From: Lepidodermella squamata
Taxonomy: Eukaryota; Animalia; Gastrotricha
Direction: 5' to 3'
Length of the DNA: 64,000 bases
Assembly: GCA_047495785.1 (NCBI GenBank)
Contig: JBLDXI010000007.1
Location: forward strand, 4,526,001 to 4,590,000
The position numbers and the translations under genes were made by a program. A model generated the notes under the pieces. It worked only from the letters and a program-made list of their open reading frames with translations, did no database searches and was not told the DNA's origin. Below, piece after piece: positions 62,111 through 64,000 of this stretch. Numbering within the stretch: position 1 is the stretch's first letter; each line of letters starts with the position of its first letter.

Positions 62111-63108
62111 CTAGCATAAAATCATGAAAATCCCTTCCGATTTTAAACATTCGCTATAAATTCGATAAAAATGAGATTTCTCATTTACGATTTATGAATG
62201 ATAATTTTTTAAATTTATGCTGGCATTGCGGACGTCTAGAATTTTTGGGAGGCAATTGAAAGATTTGAAAATCGTTGAAATAAAGGCCCCATTGACCATA
62301 ACGTGTAAACTCGTGTTAAACCGGCAGCGAATTTCTCGCGTCAACGCGGTATTTTCACGAAGAATCTCGGTTTTGAAATTGATAATTGATCAAGCTTTCA
62401 TTCGCTCACTCCGCGTGTAAACCGGCATGATACACCCGAATGATACGTGTAAACACATTTATCGCCGAAAAACTGCAACGTGTATGCATGTAGTTGCCTG
62501 GTAGCTAAAGGGTTAATCGTAATTATGATCTTTGCTGGGTTGCCATTTTTGTGGATATTGTGCAATGCATTTCATAGTTGTTTTCAAACACATATTTATG
62601 CTTTTATTGTCGTCCATTAGTTGAAATTTCTTAACCGAAGCCTTTTGTATGCAGCGTCTGACTGGTTCAAGCAACTAACAGCTAAGTCGTACTTAACAAT
62701 CGATTATATTCAATATTCAAACAGCGGAGACTAATGGGCTGCTCGAGCAAAGTGAAGCGCGATTTCAATTGCCGATCTGCTGGCGGTAAATGACTGCTAT
62801 TAGACTGCTATTGATTGTTAGTCGCCAACATGAACCCGAAGCCCAGCAGCCCCGATCGAAAGGCTTCGCCGTGGGCGGGTGCATTAACTGCGAGCGATTG
62901 CATGCAATAGCTCAACGCGAGGTCATGCGTCAAACGTCAAAAGCCACTTTTAAGGTGCGAATCAACGCCATATAGGCAATAGCGTTGGAACAAAAGCCAG
63001 TTTTCTCGTCAGCCGCTTGTACGTGATGTTGCGAAAACGCTAAGCCCACATCTATTTGCCATAACCCGTCAAGGGGTGTGCACGTTTTCCAGAATCTTGT
63101 GTTTCAAG

Positions 63109-63610
63109 ATGAAGTCCTCGATATCTTTGGTAATTGTCTTCTTCTTTTCAAAAGGTTCATTTACCGGCTTCTGACAAACTGAAACACTTTTGATAACACT
63201 TTTTTCAGTTGGTGCACAGGCTGTGCCGAGTCCGGATAGCGCAACGTTGGCCCTGCCCAGTGGCGTGACACTGCTGTACCAACCGGCGCTGTCGTACGAC
63301 TTGGCGAATACAAATGTGAGCCAGAATGGCACGTGGACTTTGGACGGGGACGCGTTTCTTAACTCGGATGGATACCAGCTAACGACGACACTGGGCAGCT
63401 ACGACGGCAGGCTGTTTTCCGACCAGGTAGGCGCGCATCTCAATCCAAAAGTATCGAGTGAACAACCTTACGTCATACGTATATTCAAACAGACGATCGC
63501 TGCAACTACGAGTGTCAGCGTGTGGCGATTCGAGGTCGACATCACGTCCTACTTCAATGATTCGCCGAATTACTCCGGCTGGTTCGCTGTCGTTCTGTCT
63601 CGAGTTCAGG
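63109..63610 (+). CDS. 5' part of a further lectin-like-domain gene (probable eighth family member), continuing beyond the window
   Basis: Signal MKSSISLVIVFFF. Motifs PSPD...LP...YQPALSYD..N.SQNGT, GYQLTT..SYDGRLFS, WRFEVD and GWFAVVLS match the N-domains of genes F and G. Confidence 0.65.
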
Positions 63611-64000
63611 AAGTTCTATGTAAGCTTTCGGTTGCGCGGATCCGATTTGTTTTCCTTAGCTTTGAGGTCCGAATACTAATTCTAGAAGCATCCTTATCCG
63701 GTCAGGGAATCTGTTCTAATATATATCGCTCCTTTTGCCCTATAAAGTAACTGTTCCCCTTTTACACACCCATTCTCTGTTGAAAAGGCGATTTTTTGCC
63801 TCATGGCATTTTGCATTATCGCGGCGCGGGGCAGTATATTTATTATAAGAATGCGCTGGTCGATGCCGTATATTCTGCAGAATGAATTCATTATAAAAAG
63901 GCTTTATTGCAATAGTATAGAACGCTTTGCAGAGAATTATGCAATATATCCCCCAAAAAATCACTTTTTATGCAAGATAAATTCTTAGATTTTTGTAGTT

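Noticed and set aside
62500-62520. AGGGTTAA resembling a piggyBac end
   Set aside because: No matching opposite terminus was found nearby.

Overview
Eukaryotic (animal, invertebrate-type) genomic DNA with many short GT-AG introns of about 45-80 bp, so the ORF track fragments most genes. The window is a dense cluster of genes for cell-surface and secreted proteins. (1) There are seven divergent pentameric Cys-loop ligand-gated ion channel (pLGIC) genes plus the 5' end of a probable eighth. In five of them the channel is fused, through a Ser/Thr mucin-like stalk, to one or two N-terminal L-type (legume/ConA-like) lectin-like domains. This lectin-stalk-channel family is the best candidate for an undescribed system. 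(2) There are four related EGF-repeat genes, three ending in two C-type-lectin-like domains. (3) Other genes are two Cys-rich EB-module-like, probably GPI-anchored paralogues, a signal-peptide Sushi + pseudoprotease + ankyrin fusion, two small ankyrin genes, a CYP3-clan P450, a serine-protease homologue and a small His-rich membrane protein. Mobile DNA includes a nested 6.2-kb complex: a 28S rRNA-LINE chimeric retrocopy with a 10-bp TSD, into which a MITE and a second, nearly intact LINE inserted. There is also a 1.1-kb hAT-type foldback element and several MITEs. Exon boundaries were inferred by eye, and domain names come from motif recognition, not database searches.
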